From the IMG/VR virus record IMGVR_UViG_3300042879_004569: a DNA stretch of 64,000 nt, one strand, 5' to 3'. A program made the translations under genes and the position numbers. The stretch is from an uncultured virus (IMG/VR IMGVR_UViG_3300042879_004569). Its lineage: Duplodnaviria; Heunggongvirae; Uroviricota; Caudoviricetes. Below the pieces are notes generated by a model. It did no database searches. It worked only from the letters and a program-made list of their open reading frames with translations, and was not told the DNA's origin. The number at the start of each line of letters is the position of its first letter. Position 1 is the first letter of the stretch. This document shows, piece by piece, positions 36,477-46,888 of the stretch.

Positions 36477-37748
36477 TCAGGCCAGAGCCTTTTCAGGATC
36501 TTTGGAAACTTTACGTTTCTTTTTCTTTGTTAAAGCGATCACCTCTTCGAGGGTCTCTTCGTTCGGCTCCTGCAGGCAACCTTGGAAAAGCTCGTCGAAC
36601 TGCTTCGCAACTGTGTCCCAGTCAAATTTTTCTTCCGTTGCACGCTGATAGCACGCTTCAGCAACGCGATCCAGCTCTTCCCGGTCTTCGTATAACTCGT
36701 TAAGAATATCCGTCAGACCCTGTGGGGAAGGGCAGGGAAGTTCGCGACCGAAGTTCAAGTCCACATCAATGTGCTCGTTGGGAATGAGCTTGCCAAAACC
36801 ATCAAAAATTTCCTTACACGACGTATGATCAGGCACCACTTGGGCCACACGGCAAGCGGCATGCTCGAAGTTGACAAGTCCCCAGCCCTCACCTTTGCAG
36901 GTATTAACGCCCACGTCCACAGCGTTATAGATGGTATTGAGAACCTCAACCGAGACATTTGGCGGATGTTGGGTGGGAGCAGTCATAATGATGCGGTTGT
37001 TTGGGTCCAAGCCAACACGAGTCATTTCCCGACCAAACAAATCCATGACATCCCAGCCCTGATCTTTAAGTCCCATATGGAGATAGAGCTGTGCGTCAGG
37101 TTTGCCAATAGCAAACTCAGCAAAAGCACGGATAGTAATGTCAATCCTTTTGCGGAATTGATTGCGGTTGCCATTGAAAACGATGAAGGAATCTTCCTTC
37201 AATCCGAGTTCTTTACGGCATTTCTTCTTGTCCATTGGATGGAACTGACCAGGGGTTACCCCATGGGGCACTACTGCAATAGGCTTCCTGATCCCACCTT
37301 TAATAAATTCGTAGGCACCGAACTCGGTGTAGCAAATCACCTGGTCCCAGTCATTGGCCGTATCCCCAAGGCAACCAATCCAGTTATAGGAATCCATTGG
37401 CGCGTAACCAACGAATCTGAACTTCTTCTGTTGGTGCAGATCTTGAATGCGCCTGTACTGCTCATTAATGATCCACATGTCATTAATGGTGAATACCAGG
37501 TCTGGTTTTTCACCTTCCACGATTTCCCGCAGACGTTCTTCACCAAATGGGGCTTGCTGGAAGCGATTGGACGAGGGGAACATTTTGTAATGCTGTTGCT
37601 GTTCACAAGGATCTCCCCACCAGTTGTTACCCAAAACCAAGATTTCATACTTATCTCGAATCCTGGACAGCACGTTTTCAGTAACACGCGCAAACCCGGT
37701 CATGGCAACAATATCGCCACACCATAAAAGCTTGGGTTTTTTAGACAT
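36477..37748 (-). CDS. GT-B (GT4-like) glycosyltransferase
   Basis: TGFARV, PHGV...F, NRNQFRKRID, GEGWGLVNFEHAAC. Confidence 0.88.
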   Translation of the reverse strand: MSKKPKLLWCGDIVAMTGFARVTENVLSRIRDKYEILVLGNNWWGDPCEQQQHYKMFPSSNRFQQAPFGEERLREIVEGEKPDLVFTINDMWIINEQYRRIQDLHQQKKFRFVGYAPMDSYNWIGCLGDTANDWDQVICYTEFGAYEFIKGGIRKPIAVVPHGVTPGQFHPMDKKKCRKELGLKEDSFIVFNGNRNQFRKRIDITIRAFAEFAIGKPDAQLYLHMGLKDQGWDVMDLFGREMTRVGLDPNNRIIMTAPTQHPPNVSVEVLNTIYNAVDVGVNTCKGEGWGLVNFEHAACRVAQVVPDHTSCKEIFDGFGKLIPNEHIDVDLNFGRELPCPSPQGLTDILNELYEDREELDRVAEACYQRATEEKFDWDTVAKQFDELFQGCLQEPNEETLEEVIALTKKKKRKVSKDPEKALA

Positions 37749-37772
37749 CTAGAGTCAAATTATCTGGATTAA

Positions 37773-38132
37773 CTATACACAATTTAAAGGTTCAGTGGAT
37801 CTAATTAATTCTTTTTCTTCTGTGCTTGTGGCTTTTAATTTTTTACTTAAAAACTCTGCTGCTTTATGCGTTTGCGTCGTATCACCACAAGTATAAAGAT
37901 CGATTGCCGCATACCCGACCTCCGGCCAAGTGTGAATAGATGCGTGCGATTCCGCCAAAAGGGCCAGTAACGTAACCCCCTGCGGCTCAAATTTTTCACC
38001 AATAATCCGCAAGATATTAGCTTTTGCCATGACAAGAGAAGACTCCAGCAAACGCTGAAGCTCCTCATAATCATCCAAAATTCCTGGATCGCACCCGTAT
38101 AAATCCAGAATTAAATGACGACCTCGTGCCAT
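37773..38132 (-). CDS. speD: S-adenosylmethionine decarboxylase proenzyme homolog
   Basis: GRHLILDLYGC, FEPQGVT...LAESHASIHTWPE, DLYTCG. Confidence 0.92.
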   Translation of the reverse strand: MARGRHLILDLYGCDPGILDDYEELQRLLESSLVMAKANILRIIGEKFEPQGVTLLALLAESHASIHTWPEVGYAAIDLYTCGDTTQTHKAAEFLSKKLKATSTEEKELIRSTEPLNCV

Positions 38133-40759
38133 GGATCACTTGTAATATCTTCTATTCTCTCATTGTTAGCCGGGGCTTCACCTTTTCCGTATAAATAAGC
38201 GTAATTATCCCGGTTCGAAGATAGTTCAACGATTGAGGGGAAGTTTTCATAACGTGTTGGACTGGACTCCCGGACTGCAATCCCAACCACCAAAAGTCCT
38301 TTCTTGCTCCGTTCAGAGCGCACTTTCAGTTTTAACTGGTGATTGCAAATATCCAGGAATAGTGGTTCAAACCGACCACGAGACATGATTCCAATGTTGC
38401 AGTTTCGGCAGAATTCGGCATAGCTGGCATACAACCACTGATGTGAGTTGGAATAAAACGTGCTACCACCTGCAACAATCTTGCAGAATCCCACTTGAGT
38501 ACGAGCTTCTGGATCGTAAACAACTTTGTGCTCCATCCAGTCAAGCAGTGGGTTGGACCGCAGGCTTTGAATCTTCTCGTAAGTTTGGAAGAAGTTGACA
38601 TTCTTACCAGTTTCCATCAAGTAAGACCGCATCTCCTCATTAGACATATCCAAGAGCCAGTTCACCAAACCACCAAGCAGTGGGGCAAACACACCCTGCG
38701 GGTAACCTTTGTTATCAAATTTGATCAACTCCTTTTGTTCCGCTTGACCACCTTCAAATGGACGATCGAACGGAATTGTAAGGCGGCGACGAGCGAGACC
38801 AGAAGTGTAGTCGGTAGACTGAATAGCTTCGTTGGCGGTGATCATCACCATCCCGTGATACTGAAATGGATCTTGCTGTTCCGTCTGATACTTGCGCTCT
38901 GAACGAATCCAGTCGTTACCTGTAATCGCCTTCAGCTTGGAAACAGAACCACCCCAACGGTCAGCATCCTGGAAGAGCAACAGCTTTTTGCCCATGTAAC
39001 TGGCGGCTTCAAACCTGTTCTTCTCCAGGTTCTCAAAGTCAGTGGAGTAAGTGTTCTGTTTACCAACCAGCGCTACGGCCAAGTTGGCGTAGGTTGATTT
39101 ACCGGATTTACCGGGCCCCACAATTTCAACAAACTTTTGCGTTTCGTAACAACCCAAGAGGGTAGCTCGCAACCATGCTCGCAGAACCTGAGTACGATCC
39201 CAGCTTCCGTGTTGGATGTGCTTCAGCCATTTAACAATCTCCTCACAAGTAGCAAAGGGATCGTAGTCATAGGGCATTTGCTGCAAGAAGTACAGCTGAC
39301 GGCCGAACGGCAGAAGCTCCCTGGTATCAATGTCCAACACCCCGTTGGTGAACAGCAGATACTCTTTGCCGTCATACCAATCGTCAAAAGGAAGCAGTGC
39401 CTGAAGCTGCATGTAAACATCGTTCATCAGGTTGGAACTGAATCCTTTTGGTAAAGAATTACCCAAGGCTTTCAGTTTTGCCCTGATATCACCCATCATT
39501 TCAACCTTGGTCAGCGGCGACCACAGGCCTTTGCTTTCTTTTTCGTAAAAATAAAACTGCCCATGGGGTTGACTAAAGACCAAATTACCGCTATACATCT
39601 CCAGCAACCAGTCGGTCACCACGTCAGATGAAGGATTTCTGGTTTTACCCTCTTCTTCTGTGTCCGCTTTGCGTGACACCTTCTTACGCAATCCAGTTTT
39701 TACCAATGGTGGGGCCTCAGCCACCGATGCTTCTCGATGTACTTCCAGGTCCTGTTCGATCTCCTGAAGCCTTTTTGACATGTGCTCTAGGGTTTGATCA
39801 GACACGTTCATAGCCTTGTGATCCTGGGAGGGCTGCCAACCCATTTCTTTTGCGACATGCAATAAAGATCCAAGGCCACGGCCCCCACCTTTATTGAAAG
39901 AGAGCCAACGGCGATGGCATTCACCTTCCCGGTATTTATCTGATTGCCTGGACCACTCATCCCAAACATCAAGCAGGGATTCATCCAACTGATGTAACGT
40001 TTGCCCAACAGTGATCCAGATGTCGTAATCATCGGCTGCCTCTGGCGGCATACCCCAAGTTGCTTCCGTAGCGAGCTTGATGTCTCGGTCAAGGTCAACG
40101 ACACAATTGATAGCAAAACCAGGGCCTACAATCCTGGTTGTTTCTTTTGCAGGAACTCCTTGCTTGACATTTTTATTAATGATTGAATTTAAAATCCAGT
40201 CCGGTAGCTCCGGCAGAGTTTGAACCCATTCAAAACCTTGACCTTCAACCGTGAAATAACCGTCAGTCTCAGGGTGTAAGCCCATGAGAACGCCTTGATG
40301 ACGCTTCCAAAGAATTTCAAGTTTCTCTTTGTTTTCTTCGCCGTGCCAAGTGTATTTGTTTCGAACAAAATGCTTGTGTTTGTCTTTGGCTAATTTATAC
40401 AGTTTCCTTTCTCTGCCAATCTTTCCGCTGAAAATAGTCAGAGTGGCAGGTAGTGCTTCAATTAACGGAAGTTCCGACAGCTCTTCAACAAGTTTGTAAA
40501 CGCTTGGGCCGTCAACATCAACCCAAACCAAACCATATGGATGGTTGTAGACAGGACCGCCAAACAAACCAATAGCTTTACAGTTCCCAGACAGTAATTC
40601 CGTTTCAATATCCTTGACACTGAACGGTTTGTTCTGCCAGTTCTGCACGTATGGATTTTTTGACGGACCTAAAGGTGTCAGAGGCCAGTCAAAAGGTACA
40701 AAATCCAGGCGGATTTCACCAGGCCGAAGATTGAAGTTTTTGCTATCCGCCATGCTCAT
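38111..40759 (-). CDS. primase-polymerase / PriCT-2 / D5-like SF3 helicase
   Basis: VDVDG prim-pol motif; DYDIWITVG...WDEWS...C..RW.SF PriCT-2; GPGKSGKST Walker A; LKAITGND. Confidence 0.9.
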   Translation of the reverse strand: MSMADSKNFNLRPGEIRLDFVPFDWPLTPLGPSKNPYVQNWQNKPFSVKDIETELLSGNCKAIGLFGGPVYNHPYGLVWVDVDGPSVYKLVEELSELPLIEALPATLTIFSGKIGRERKLYKLAKDKHKHFVRNKYTWHGEENKEKLEILWKRHQGVLMGLHPETDGYFTVEGQGFEWVQTLPELPDWILNSIINKNVKQGVPAKETTRIVGPGFAINCVVDLDRDIKLATEATWGMPPEAADDYDIWITVGQTLHQLDESLLDVWDEWSRQSDKYREGECHRRWLSFNKGGGRGLGSLLHVAKEMGWQPSQDHKAMNVSDQTLEHMSKRLQEIEQDLEVHREASVAEAPPLVKTGLRKKVSRKADTEEEGKTRNPSSDVVTDWLLEMYSGNLVFSQPHGQFYFYEKESKGLWSPLTKVEMMGDIRAKLKALGNSLPKGFSSNLMNDVYMQLQALLPFDDWYDGKEYLLFTNGVLDIDTRELLPFGRQLYFLQQMPYDYDPFATCEEIVKWLKHIQHGSWDRTQVLRAWLRATLLGCYETQKFVEIVGPGKSGKSTYANLAVALVGKQNTYSTDFENLEKNRFEAASYMGKKLLLFQDADRWGGSVSKLKAITGNDWIRSERKYQTEQQDPFQYHGMVMITANEAIQSTDYTSGLARRRLTIPFDRPFEGGQAEQKELIKFDNKGYPQGVFAPLLGGLVNWLLDMSNEEMRSYLMETGKNVNFFQTYEKIQSLRSNPLLDWMEHKVVYDPEARTQVGFCKIVAGGSTFYSNSHQWLYASYAEFCRNCNIGIMSRGRFEPLFLDICNHQLKLKVRSERSKKGLLVVGIAVRESSPTRYENFPSIVELSSNRDNYAYLYGKGEAPANNERIEDITSDPWHEVVI

Positions 40760-40935
40760 ACTGTGTGAATGACTTCTACTTTAAAATCCCTCTCAGGAAA
40801 ATTCTGTTCTTTCAGAATGTTATATGCATGAAGATGCATGTCGGTGGGCAGATAAAAAGAATCCCCATCAACCGCATTTGCCATGAGGTCCTGGAGGGTA
40901 TTCATCCACGCACCAACGGAAACATGAATTTCCAC
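40756..40935 (-). CDS. small hypothetical protein (59 aa)
   Basis: GTG start; ATGA-coupled to primase start. Confidence 0.45.
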   Translation of the reverse strand: MEIHVSVGAWMNTLQDLMANAVDGDSFYLPTDMHLHAYNILKEQNFPERDFKVEVIHTV

Positions 40936-41004
40936 GGGCGTTTGCTTGGTGTTTTCTTATCCTACGCCTTCCAATCCAGGTAACCTCTTATGAATTTCTG
41001 AAGA

Positions 41005-41169
41005 TTAAATAGTCTTATAAGACTCATCGCCAGAATCGACATTAAACGACTTTATTAAACGTTCATAGACATCCAGAAACTCCCCTTTGTTTTGACTTAC
41101 TGACTCAACCGCAATTTGCCAAGCGAGGCGCTTGCGTTTCTCCTCATTGGAATTGGGATCCCATGTCAT
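41005..41169 (-). CDS. small hypothetical protein (54 aa)
   Basis: MTWDPNSNEEKRKRLAWQ...; ATG just after exonuclease stop. Confidence 0.45.
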   Translation of the reverse strand: MTWDPNSNEEKRKRLAWQIAVESVSQNKGEFLDVYERLIKSFNVDSGDESYKTI

Positions 41170-41171
41170 TT

Positions 41172-42005
41172 TCAAATGAGATCAGGGTCATACGCTCCGC
41201 CTTCTTCAACTTGCTTGTAATATTCCTCAACAATTTTGTACCAATCCTCGTGCAAAACATTCAAAAAATTCCTGGAGATCTTGAAAATCTGAGTCCGAAC
41301 AGGCGTCGAAACTAAAATTGCCGCTTGCTGGACGGTCATTCCTAAAGTCTGCTGAATGGCAATGTCATATGCAGCCAACTGTTTGCAGGTTTTTTTGAAT
41401 TTCATGTGGCCGCCCAAAAGATCTCGCCATTCAGGCGAACCTTTTTCTAAGTCTTTGGGCCACTTGCGACTATAAGGTTTGACGCTGGTTTTCAAGTCAG
41501 CAAGAGTAAGCTTGTTATTAACCACGCCAATGATGTCAGGAGCACCAGCCCAGGCACGTCCTTCATCATCGCAACCCCACACACGAGCCACGTCATCGGC
41601 ACCAATAGTAAAATTAAATTTCTCAAGTACAGGTGATTCGGCCCAAAGGACCTCCTGGAATTGATCAAGTATCGGCGGCATGCCCGACCAAAAATCCTTG
41701 TAATCATCTGGGATCTCAGGGTTTTTATTACCTTTAAGGTATTGCTCCATACCATAGTGAATTGCGGTGCCGCGTTCAGCAGCTGCCTCTTTCACCCCTG
41801 GGTTATTCTTTGACCACATCTCCAACTTTCGTTTGTTGGCTTCTGATGCGGTTTCAGAAATAATAGTCGTTACTGATGCGGCAGGACCACATGGCAAAGG
41901 CGTTGTATAGTGCCTCTTGCCGTTTATGGTTATCCGAACTGGACCTTGATTCAGTTCGCGAAGTTTATTTTGCCACTGATCCCTATTGAAGCAGGTCATC
42001 CACAA
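41172..42005 (-). CDS. PD-(D/E)xK exonuclease
   Basis: SVTTII, RGTAIH...E, AGAPD, ADLKTS, QLAAY. Confidence 0.85.
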   Translation of the reverse strand: MWMTCFNRDQWQNKLRELNQGPVRITINGKRHYTTPLPCGPAASVTTIISETASEANKRKLEMWSKNNPGVKEAAAERGTAIHYGMEQYLKGNKNPEIPDDYKDFWSGMPPILDQFQEVLWAESPVLEKFNFTIGADDVARVWGCDDEGRAWAGAPDIIGVVNNKLTLADLKTSVKPYSRKWPKDLEKGSPEWRDLLGGHMKFKKTCKQLAAYDIAIQQTLGMTVQQAAILVSTPVRTQIFKISRNFLNVLHEDWYKIVEEYYKQVEEGGAYDPDLI

Positions 42006-42163
42006 CCTGGTTTATTAGCTATATTTTAAACATATTTAAATATAAATATGGAAATGGAAGAGTTCAAATCCCTCGTGATGCTGATTCTTGTGTCCATGTT
42101 TATTGCTACTGTTTCGGATATCATTCTTTTGCACGGCTTGGTTAAATAAAGCAAACACTCCAC

Positions 42164-42328
42164 ATGACTTCTAATATCACGCGGTTTTACTATGATGAGC
42201 TGACTTCCGATCAAAAAAAATCCGAAGTAGGCGGCAGGGTCTTTGAAGATTTAAATCGAGACGAGGCCGACTGCCACGAAAAATTCTTACAGTCCAAAAA
42301 CATCGAGTACGTTCGTATTGATTTGTAA
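42164..42328 (+). CDS. small hypothetical protein (54 aa)
   Basis: TAATG-coupled to downstream glycosyltransferase. Confidence 0.5.
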   Translation: MTSNITRFYYDELTSDQKKSEVGGRVFEDLNRDEADCHEKFLQSKNIEYVRIDL

Positions 42329-43170
42329 TGGAAACCAAAACCTTAGCTGTGATTTCCCTTTGGCGGAACAGTGAATCTTATATCGAACGCTCTCTGTCTC
42401 AGTTTGATCAAATGCACAAGCACCTTAAAAAGCAAGGCATTCATATTGTGTATGGTTTTTTTGAGAACGACTCCACAGACAGCACCGCACAAATTCTTCA
42501 AGCGTGGCTCAGGACAAAGTTTGGCTTTGTTATTTCCGAAACCATTGGTGCCCCCAAGTGGGGAAGTGTTCCTTCTTTAAAGCGCGTCAAGTACCAAGCC
42601 CGTTATCGCAATATTGTTCTTGACTACTTGAACAATCATTACAGCTATGACTATCTGCTGATTGCAGATAGTGATGTCTACTGGGAGCCAAGCCTTATCA
42701 AAGGCATGATTTCTCGTTTAGACGAAAACGCATCCTGGGGCATGGTATCTCCCAATACGCTTCAAAATGTAAAAGATTACGTGGAAGAAACGGAACGAGA
42801 ATCTTATTACGACAGCTGGTCTTTGGTTGATTCAGCAGGACAGCAGTGCTTGACTTTTGCTGCCAACCCCTTTCTCCAAAAAGAAGACAGAGAAAACTGG
42901 GAGAATAAAAAACCGGTTAGTTGCAACAGCGCCTTTGGTTCCATTGCGATGACAAAAGCTGAAGCGATGGAAGACGTTGAGTGGGACGTTATTGATGGCG
43001 TTGAACACTGGGAGTTTTGCCGTGGGATTCGCGACAACGGCTATCTGGTAATTGCAGATCCCACCTTAGAAGCTATTGTTGCCCACGAAAAAACTGTTGT
43101 TCCCTTCCCAGAAGTTGTTGAACACCATCAAAAACGTCTCAAAGAATCGCAAGATAAATACACAATTTAA
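42328..43170 (+). CDS. GT-A fold glycosyltransferase
   Basis: FFENDSTDST, ARYRN, IADSDV (DxD), YYDSW, SAFG, VEHWEFC. Confidence 0.8.
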   Translation: METKTLAVISLWRNSESYIERSLSQFDQMHKHLKKQGIHIVYGFFENDSTDSTAQILQAWLRTKFGFVISETIGAPKWGSVPSLKRVKYQARYRNIVLDYLNNHYSYDYLLIADSDVYWEPSLIKGMISRLDENASWGMVSPNTLQNVKDYVEETERESYYDSWSLVDSAGQQCLTFAANPFLQKEDRENWENKKPVSCNSAFGSIAMTKAEAMEDVEWDVIDGVEHWEFCRGIRDNGYLVIADPTLEAIVAHEKTVVPFPEVVEHHQKRLKESQDKYTI

Positions 43171-44201
43171 TTTTGTTGCCACCATTTGAGGTCTTCTTCT
43201 ACCATTTCAAAAACCAGCTCATTGAGCGAAGTTTTGGGCTCCCAATTCAAAACTTCTTTTGCTTTCTGTGGGTTACCAAGAAGAGTATCGACTTCTGCTG
43301 GACGATAAAAATCAGGATTAATTTTGATTACTTCTTTACCAAGTCGGTTGCAATAACCAATTTCCTCTACGCCATCGCCGCGCCATTCAAGGTCAAGATT
43401 AGCTGCCTTAAATGCTTTTTCACAGAATGTCCTAACGCTAGTTTGAGTGCCAGTGGCGATAACGTAATCATCGGGACCAAGATCTGATTGAAGCATTAAG
43501 TGCATAGCCTCAACGTAGTCCCGTGCATGACCCCAGTCACGACAAGCATCTAGATTGCCCAACTCAATCCAACCTTGCGTCCCAGACAGGATGCCTGCAA
43601 CACCTTTTGTAATTTTCCGTGTCACAAACTCTTCGCCACGAATGGGTGATTCATGGTTAAAAAGAATGCCGTTGCAACCAAAAAGACCGTAACTTTCTCG
43701 ATAGTTTACGGTCAGCCAATAACCAAATAGTTTGGCAACACCATATGGACTGCGCGGATAGAAATAAGTTGTCTCAACCTGGGGAACCTCCCGAACTTTA
43801 CCAAACATTTCAGACGTAGATGCTTGGTAAAACTTAGGCATCCACTTTGTATTACGACAAGCTTCCAAAATATTAAGTACCCCAATTGCGTTAGTATGCG
43901 CCGTGCTCCCAGGTGATTTAAAACTGACGCCAACATGGCTTTGTGCCGCAAGATTGTACACCTCATCTGGCTGGAAACTATCCACCAACCGATGCATGGA
44001 CGTGGCATCGGTCATATCTGAGTATTCAAACCGAACTTCCTGCGGGATTTGGCCGCCAAAAATCCACTTCAATTTATTTTTCTTGCCTGCGTTTGCATTG
44101 TTTCGCACCAATCCCATTACCTCATAGTCATTTTCGACCAGATGTTTCGCCAAATAAGCGCCATCTTGGCCGGTAATTCCTGTGATCAGTGCTTTTTTCA
44201 T
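43167..44201 (-). CDS. gmd: GDP-mannose 4,6-dehydratase
   Basis: ALITGITGQDGAYLA, YNLAAQSHV, QASTSE, PRSPYGVAK, FNHESP, RDWGHA. Confidence 0.96.
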   Translation of the reverse strand: MKKALITGITGQDGAYLAKHLVENDYEVMGLVRNNANAGKKNKLKWIFGGQIPQEVRFEYSDMTDATSMHRLVDSFQPDEVYNLAAQSHVGVSFKSPGSTAHTNAIGVLNILEACRNTKWMPKFYQASTSEMFGKVREVPQVETTYFYPRSPYGVAKLFGYWLTVNYRESYGLFGCNGILFNHESPIRGEEFVTRKITKGVAGILSGTQGWIELGNLDACRDWGHARDYVEAMHLMLQSDLGPDDYVIATGTQTSVRTFCEKAFKAANLDLEWRGDGVEEIGYCNRLGKEVIKINPDFYRPAEVDTLLGNPQKAKEVLNWEPKTSLNELVFEMVEEDLKWWQQN

Positions 44202-44252
44202 CGTGATTATTCTTTATACTGACACTATAACTAATAATTTATTTGCCGCAGG

Positions 44253-45455
44253 ATGTCAAAAAACATTATTTCGACGCACAAAAACGCTACTTTCAACTGG
44301 CCTTTGCAAAAAAACACGATTGGCCTGCAAGAAAAACTGGCACTAATTGGGTTCATTTTAAAAAGCGATCGTTTTACAAACGGTCCCCAATGCCTGGACT
44401 TTGAAAAGGCATGGACCAAATGGCAAGGCCGAAAATATTCTTTATTTGTTAGCAGCGGCACCACAGCCAACACCTTGCTTTTGGATGCTGTCCGCGATTT
44501 ATATTTCAGCAAAAAAACAAAGTTAAAAATCTTATGCCCCGCCGTAAATTGGGCTACCAATATCTCCACGTTCAAACAGCAGGGTCACGATATTTTCTTT
44601 TATGACATCGATTACAACACCTACTCCCCGACCTATTCGTCTCTAAAACGTTATTACCAAGTTGGCTTAAAGCCAGACATTATCTATGCAACCCACATTA
44701 TGGGCTTTGCCAACGACTTGCGCGAGGTGAAAAAGTATTGGCCTGAAGCCATAGTCCTTGAAGATTGTTGCGAGTCTCATGGCGCTTTAACACGGGACAA
44801 ACACAAAGTCGGCAACGAAGGACTTGGCTCAACCTTCTCGTTTTACTTTGGGCATCACATGACCACAATTGAAGGTGGCATGGTTTCAACTGACGACGAA
44901 GACTTGTACAACTTAATGCGTGCTAAACGTTCTCACGGGATGGCTCGAGAGATGACGTTGAATTATCGACAGCTTGAAGAACGCCTTGCACCAGATATTG
45001 ACCCCATGTTCCTGTTCCCGACCGAAGGTTATAATTTTCGCAACACAGAACTAGGAGCTGTACTGGGACTTGTACAACTCAAAAAACTTGATTCATTCAT
45101 TAAACAACGCAAAGAAAACTATTGTGTCTTTTTAAGCACAATGATTGGACACCCCTGGATCAAAAGTCTGCCAGATCCCACAGGAAACAGCGCAATGACC
45201 CTACCTTTTCATTGTGTGTCACCCGAAAAAAAACAAATTCTTAAAGACAGGCTCATTAAACTCGGCGTTGAAACACGCCCGTTCCTTGTTGGTAATTTGC
45301 TCAAGCAACCCTTCATGAGCGATTTCAAACAAAAACCCTATCTGCCAAACAGTGAAGAAATTCACACCCATGCTTTTTACATTGGCAACAACCATTTTGT
45401 TACCGAAGAACAAATTTACAAATTAAGCAAGGAGCTCCACAAATGCGCTGCTTGA
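44253..45455 (+). CDS. PLP-dependent DegT-family enzyme, ColD/E1-type 3-dehydratase
   Basis: VSSGTTAN, EDCCESHGA, FSFYFGHHMTTIEGGM (His at the usual Lys position), GYNFR. Confidence 0.82.
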   Translation: MSKNIISTHKNATFNWPLQKNTIGLQEKLALIGFILKSDRFTNGPQCLDFEKAWTKWQGRKYSLFVSSGTTANTLLLDAVRDLYFSKKTKLKILCPAVNWATNISTFKQQGHDIFFYDIDYNTYSPTYSSLKRYYQVGLKPDIIYATHIMGFANDLREVKKYWPEAIVLEDCCESHGALTRDKHKVGNEGLGSTFSFYFGHHMTTIEGGMVSTDDEDLYNLMRAKRSHGMAREMTLNYRQLEERLAPDIDPMFLFPTEGYNFRNTELGAVLGLVQLKKLDSFIKQRKENYCVFLSTMIGHPWIKSLPDPTGNSAMTLPFHCVSPEKKQILKDRLIKLGVETRPFLVGNLLKQPFMSDFKQKPYLPNSEEIHTHAFYIGNNHFVTEEQIYKLSKELHKCAA

Positions 45456-46177
45456 TTTCAACTATTATCCGCAACCGAGGAATTCATGTACCTCAGTGGA
45501 CAGAGCAACTCATCCACCTGGCAAAAGCAAATCCCGACGTACAGTTTGACCTCTTCTTATTTGAAAACGATTCAACAGACAACACCAGACAAGTCCTGGG
45601 CCTAATCCAAAAACGCCTTGAGCCTTACTTTCCAGTTCTTTCGTTTGACCTACAAGACTGCGGTTGGCCTTACTTTGGTTCCATCAAAGATGAAGAACGG
45701 GTGCGTTACTTAGCAACCGCCCGGAATAAAACCATTGATAAGGCAAACGAAATCATTGGCCTGGAGAATTACGACAAGGTGATTTCCATTGAGCCAGATG
45801 TCACATATGAAGCAAAAAAGATAAGTGAACTTTTGTATACAGATTTTGATATTGTTTCCGGATGCAGCGTTTTACCCGAAGGACTTGGCGTAAAAGATTG
45901 GATTTACGACAGCTGGGCAACGCGTGTAAATGAATATGATTCCGAGTACTTCGGTCCGCACGTCTCGGAACTTCCTCAGTTTTTACCCGTAGCTTCTACG
46001 TTTAATTGTTTTTGCGTTTATAAAGCCACTCCTTTTGCAGAAGGCATCAGGTTTTCGGACATCAACCCCTTAACTCAATCTTGGGATTGCGATACCACAA
46101 ATATCTGCTTTGCTTTTTCTAAGTACGGTTATTCCAACATCGCGATGTCAAATATTCCAGTTTTACACAAACTGTAA
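45443..46177 (+). CDS. GT-A fold glycosyltransferase (paralog of 42328-43170)
   Basis: LFENDSTDNT, LATARN, IEPDV, IYDSWA, STFN. Confidence 0.78.
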   Translation: MRCLISTIIRNRGIHVPQWTEQLIHLAKANPDVQFDLFLFENDSTDNTRQVLGLIQKRLEPYFPVLSFDLQDCGWPYFGSIKDEERVRYLATARNKTIDKANEIIGLENYDKVISIEPDVTYEAKKISELLYTDFDIVSGCSVLPEGLGVKDWIYDSWATRVNEYDSEYFGPHVSELPQFLPVASTFNCFCVYKATPFAEGIRFSDINPLTQSWDCDTTNICFAFSKYGYSNIAMSNIPVLHKL

Positions 46178-46322
46178 ACGGTAAATACGACTAATATGGT
46201 TAGGTTAACCGTCTGAAATTAAGGCATGAACTTGCAAGAATATCAAGATAGTGATGCTGATCGGCAAAATTTTTTGCATCAACATTCACAACTTCTTGAT
46301 AGTTTGACGTTATCCAAACAAA

Positions 46323-46574
46323 ATGCTTCTAATCAGTCCTATAGTGAGAACACCGAAGGAATCGGAAATGAGTCTGTCGAACCAAGTTAAAGAATCTGTC
46401 GATCAAGCAGCAGGAACTTTGCGAGAAGCACTTGCTTTTGCAGCTCGTACTGAGCACCCAATTGTTATTAGCAACCTAACCGACATTCTTGTTCGTCTTG
46501 AATCCATGGAACACATGGAAGAATTGATGGAGAGGTACGGCAAACCACGCGATATCCCAACTTCACTTGGGTGA
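46323..46574 (+). CDS. hypothetical protein (true start probably later, MSLSNQV)
   Basis: LREALAFAARTEHP helical ORF. Confidence 0.55.
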   Translation: MLLISPIVRTPKESEMSLSNQVKESVDQAAGTLREALAFAARTEHPIVISNLTDILVRLESMEHMEELMERYGKPRDIPTSLG

Positions 46575-46773
46575 CTTTAGGCAATTTACTGACGAAGAAC
46601 GACTAGAGCGTTACTTCATGGAGCTGGAGCGAGCCATTCCCAATCCCTCTCATGGTTGGGAAAAGAATGTTCGCCCGTGTAAATGGGCAGCTATACTAAA
46701 GGAAAGGGACAATAACCATGGCGGAAAAAAAGAAACCAGCAGGCCTGTACGCAAACATTCACGCAAAACGTGA
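46567..46773 (+). CDS. hypothetical protein
   Basis: 68-aa ORF coupled to the previous one. Confidence 0.4.
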   Translation: MGDFRQFTDEERLERYFMELERAIPNPSHGWEKNVRPCKWAAILKERDNNHGGKKETSRPVRKHSRKT

Positions 46774-46888
46774 AAGGATCAGCAAGGGCAGCGGCGAGCA
46801 GATGCGTAAGCCCGGTGAAAAGGGCGCCCCAACTGCTAAGGCATTTAAAGAATCCGCCAAGACCGCAAAAAAACCAAAGAAAAAGTAG
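46718..46888 (+). CDS. conserved small basic phage protein (56 aa)
   Basis: GLYANIHAKRERI..GSGEQMRKPG.KGAPTA..FK.SAKTAK. Confidence 0.75.
   Translation: MAEKKKPAGLYANIHAKRERISKGSGEQMRKPGEKGAPTAKAFKESAKTAKKPKKK

Noticed and set aside
36771..37727. 318-aa antisense ORF over the glycosyltransferase
   Set aside because: Mirror frame of a clear gene; no protein-like features
44253..45455. Perosamine synthase/aminotransferase call
   Set aside because: Schiff-base Lys position is His, favouring a dehydratase
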